Positions 61,638 to 64,000 of a stretch of DNA of 64,000 nt are shown in pieces. The position numbers were made by a program, and so were the translations under genes. This DNA is from an uncultured Thiohalophilus sp. (GTDB lineage Bacteria; Pseudomonadota; Gammaproteobacteria; UBA6429; Thiohalophilaceae): positions 820 to 64,819 of the forward strand of contig CAYOOC010000005.1 in the NCBI GenBank assembly GCA_964405505.1, given 5' to 3'. How positions within the stretch are numbered: the first letter of the stretch is position 1; the number at the start of each line of letters is the position of its first letter. The notes under the pieces were generated by a model. That model saw only the letters and a program-made list of their open reading frames with translations, did not search any database and was not told the origin of the DNA.

Positions 61638-62777
61638 TTAGCGTGCTGCCTTGACGGCTGACGGTTGCACAACGCTGGCGTCATTGCCCCAGCTTTTACG
61701 TTCATAAGTGATAACCGCGGCCAGATCGGCATCATTGAGCTGCGGACCAAAAGACTGCATCGAGGTCCCGCTCCTGCCGTTCAGAACAATATCGATATGC
61801 CCTTCTGCCGGCCCGGTGGTGATTTCACCGCCAGCCAGTGCCGGGAAGGTACCCGGAATGCCCTGCCCGTTGGCCTGATGGCAAGCCGCACAGTTGGCTT
61901 TGTAAACCTCTTCGCCCCGGGTCAACAGCTCTTCCTCGGTCCATTCCCGGTCGCTGCCCGCACTGGCTGCTGCGGCAGCTTGTTTTTGTTCTGCAACCCA
62001 GTTCTTGTATTCGTTCTCGGCGACCACCTTGACCACGATGGGCATGAAGCCGTGGTCCTTGCCGCACAGCTCGGCACACTGACCGCGGTAGGTTCCGGTT
62101 TCAGTTGCCTTGAACCAGCTTTCATTAATATAGCCAGGAATCGCGTCGCGCTTGACACCAAGATCCGGTACCCACCAGGCATGAATCACATCATTGGAAG
62201 TGGTCAGGATCCGGACTTTTTTGTTAACCGGAACCACAATCGGCTTGTCGACATCCAGCAGGTAGTTTTCGACTGTCCGCACATCCACACCGGAGTCCTT
62301 TTGCCGGGCGTCGTTACTGGCCTGATCGAGATTACTGAAGAAACTAAGGCCTTCATCCAGATACTCATATTGCCATTTCCACTGCCAGCCAGTGGCCTTG
62401 ACGGTCACATCGGCATTGCCGGTGTCCTCAATCTTGATCAGCGTCTTGGTGGCCGGAATTGCGATCAACACCAACACCACCAGCGGAATAATGGTCCAGA
62501 TAACTTCCACAGTCGTGCTTTCATGGAATTGCGCCGGTTTGGCGCCTTTGGATTTGCGGTGTTTGAACAGGGAGTAAATCATCACCCCGAACACGCCGAT
62601 ACCAACGATCGTGACAATCCACAGCACCAGCATATGCAGGCCATAGATCTCCTTACCAACAACAGTCACAGTCTCTGACATGTTCAGGCCATATTCTGCA
62701 AATGCGCTGCCAGGCCCCAACAGCAAAACAGCATATAGGAAGCTTCGGAGCTTTCTCGTTATAGTATTTGCCGACAT
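61638..62777 (-). CDS. ctaC: Cytochrome c oxidase subunit II fused to cytochrome c (caa3-type)
   Basis: QWKWQY, DVIHAW, CuA CAELCGKDHGFM and C-terminal CAACH. Confidence 0.97.
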   Translation of the reverse strand: MSANTITRKLRSFLYAVLLLGPGSAFAEYGLNMSETVTVVGKEIYGLHMLVLWIVTIVGIGVFGVMIYSLFKHRKSKGAKPAQFHESTTVEVIWTIIPLVVLVLIAIPATKTLIKIEDTGNADVTVKATGWQWKWQYEYLDEGLSFFSNLDQASNDARQKDSGVDVRTVENYLLDVDKPIVVPVNKKVRILTTSNDVIHAWWVPDLGVKRDAIPGYINESWFKATETGTYRGQCAELCGKDHGFMPIVVKVVAENEYKNWVAEQKQAAAAASAGSDREWTEEELLTRGEEVYKANCAACHQANGQGIPGTFPALAGGEITTGPAEGHIDIVLNGRSGTSMQSFGPQLNDADLAAVITYERKSWGNDASVVQPSAVKAAR

Positions 62778-63252
62778 ACCTCTACCTCTTCCGGTTGGGA
62801 TTCACTTGATTTTATTGGTTCTGGTTTTTTATACGCTCATCGCCGCACATGCCTGTCTCTTTAATCTTATGGCCAGCGCGAGTGAATAATTTATAAATCT
62901 GGATCGTACCTGCTGCTTATGACCGGTTGATCGCCTGCAGACATCAACCCGCCGTTTATTCTTAATTTTTAATGCCTTGTTTTGGCGCGATCATAGCCGC
63001 CCCCTGGCACGCCGCCTTTTTCAGGCTGTTACGCATGGTAATCAGGCACCCGGCGCCGCGCAATAAAAAAGATAGAATGGGCTTATAACAAACAGATATA
63101 AAAGTAACTGCTAATATGTTTATCTTCTAATTAGCTATTTAGCCATTTTCTGCTAGCAGTCAACTGTATGTGGCGCGGCCAGTAATGCGGATCGTTTAAT
63201 AACCTTAACGATCAACCGAGAAATTACCAAGGAGTTTCACTCCTTAAGAATA

Positions 63253-63957
63253 TTACAACCAGCTTATATTGATGCTTGTTGCCAGTTGTGCGTGTTGTTG
63301 CGGGGTGAGTGGCGCAGATTGATAAGGAATCTGGCCCAGACAGGGCACTGCGAGGCGGGATTCAAGGGTCTTGAGGTTGCCCTGTTGCGCGGCAAAATCG
63401 GGGGCGATCCCATTGGCGATCCAGCCCACCACCGGGACGTTCTGTTGTTCAATACTTTCGATGGTTAACAGCGCATGATTCAGACAACCCAGGCGCATGC
63501 CAACCACCAGCACCACGGGCAAACCCAGCAAGCCGGGTAAATCGGAGACCGACAAACCGTCACTTAACGGCACACGCCAGCCGCCGACCCCTTCAACGAT
63601 GACCTGATCGCTGTGTTGTTGCAATTGCGCATAAGCCTGCTGAATCGCCTCGCGCTCGATACGACACCCCGCCTGGCTGGCGGCCAGGTGCGGGGCAATC
63701 GGCGGCTCAAACACATACGGATTTACCCAGTCGTAAGGATGATTCATACCGGACTGCTGTTGCAACTGCCGGGCATCCTCGTTGACCAGTCGCCCGTTTT
63801 GTAACTCGCCGCCGCTGGCAACCGGTTTCATCCCGGCGACCTTCAAACCTCGCTGCTGCAACGCCGCCATCAGCAGGCAACTGCAGAAGGTCTTGCCGAT
63901 CTCGGTATCGGTCCCCGTAACGAAAACACCGGGATACTGTGCCATGTTTGAGCTCAT
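63253..63957 (-). CDS. bioD: Dethiobiotin synthetase
   Basis: FVTGTDTEIGKT, MKPVASG, VEGVGG and LGCLNHA. Confidence 0.96.
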   Translation of the reverse strand: MSSNMAQYPGVFVTGTDTEIGKTFCSCLLMAALQQRGLKVAGMKPVASGGELQNGRLVNEDARQLQQQSGMNHPYDWVNPYVFEPPIAPHLAASQAGCRIEREAIQQAYAQLQQHSDQVIVEGVGGWRVPLSDGLSVSDLPGLLGLPVVLVVGMRLGCLNHALLTIESIEQQNVPVVGWIANGIAPDFAAQQGNLKTLESRLAVPCLGQIPYQSAPLTPQQHAQLATSINISWL

Positions 63958-64000
63958 CGCCGCGGAACAAAGTTGACCGGGACTTCCTGCGGGACGGCAC
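63954..64000 (-). CDS. C-terminal tail of an upstream gene (possibly bioC), truncated by the window edge
   Basis: Open frame ...AVPQEVPVNFVPRR* whose TGA overlaps the bioD ATG; identity inferred from usual bio gene order only. Confidence 0.4.
   Translation of the reverse strand, partial: AVPQEVPVNFVPRR

Noticed and set aside
62778-63252. RegA/PrrA-like GC motifs upstream of ctaC
   Set aside because: The consensus is too degenerate to distinguish from background in GC-rich DNA by eye.

Overview
A 64-kb, roughly 60% GC, gene-dense core-chromosome window from a Gammaproteobacterium. The gene set suggests a halotolerant chemolithotroph of the Thiohalophilus/Ectothiorhodospiraceae kind (inference). 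From left to right it holds: a group 3b [NiFe] sulfhydrogenase operon whose large subunit runs off the left edge; tkt-gap-pgk-pyk-fba; glycine-methylation betaine synthesis (GSMT/SDMT) divergent from metK, an SAH riboswitch, ahcY and metF; a retropepsin-rimK-ASTE/AspA cluster; a hydantoinase-A-like gene; a Gld-like ABC system; mutM, ggt, yfhL, coaD, rsmD and an M16 peptidase pair; ftsYEX, an inserted diguanylate cyclase and rpoH preceded by CIRCE; a VWA/coiled-coil/Cys-rich operon; and a 17-kb block of cbb3 and caa3 oxidase genes, followed by bioD. I saw no IS, integrase, tRNA, rRNA or CRISPR. The structure the genes do not explain is intergenic. At least four sequence families of palindromes share one architecture (each arm = 3-4 copies of a 7-mer core at 8-9 nt period, variable spacer). 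There are also GTAG-type REPs, about 200-nt mosaics of both, and 4-5-unit heptamer arrays. Two unannotated small membrane-peptide ORFs (33 and 35 aa) lie in the oxidase clusters.
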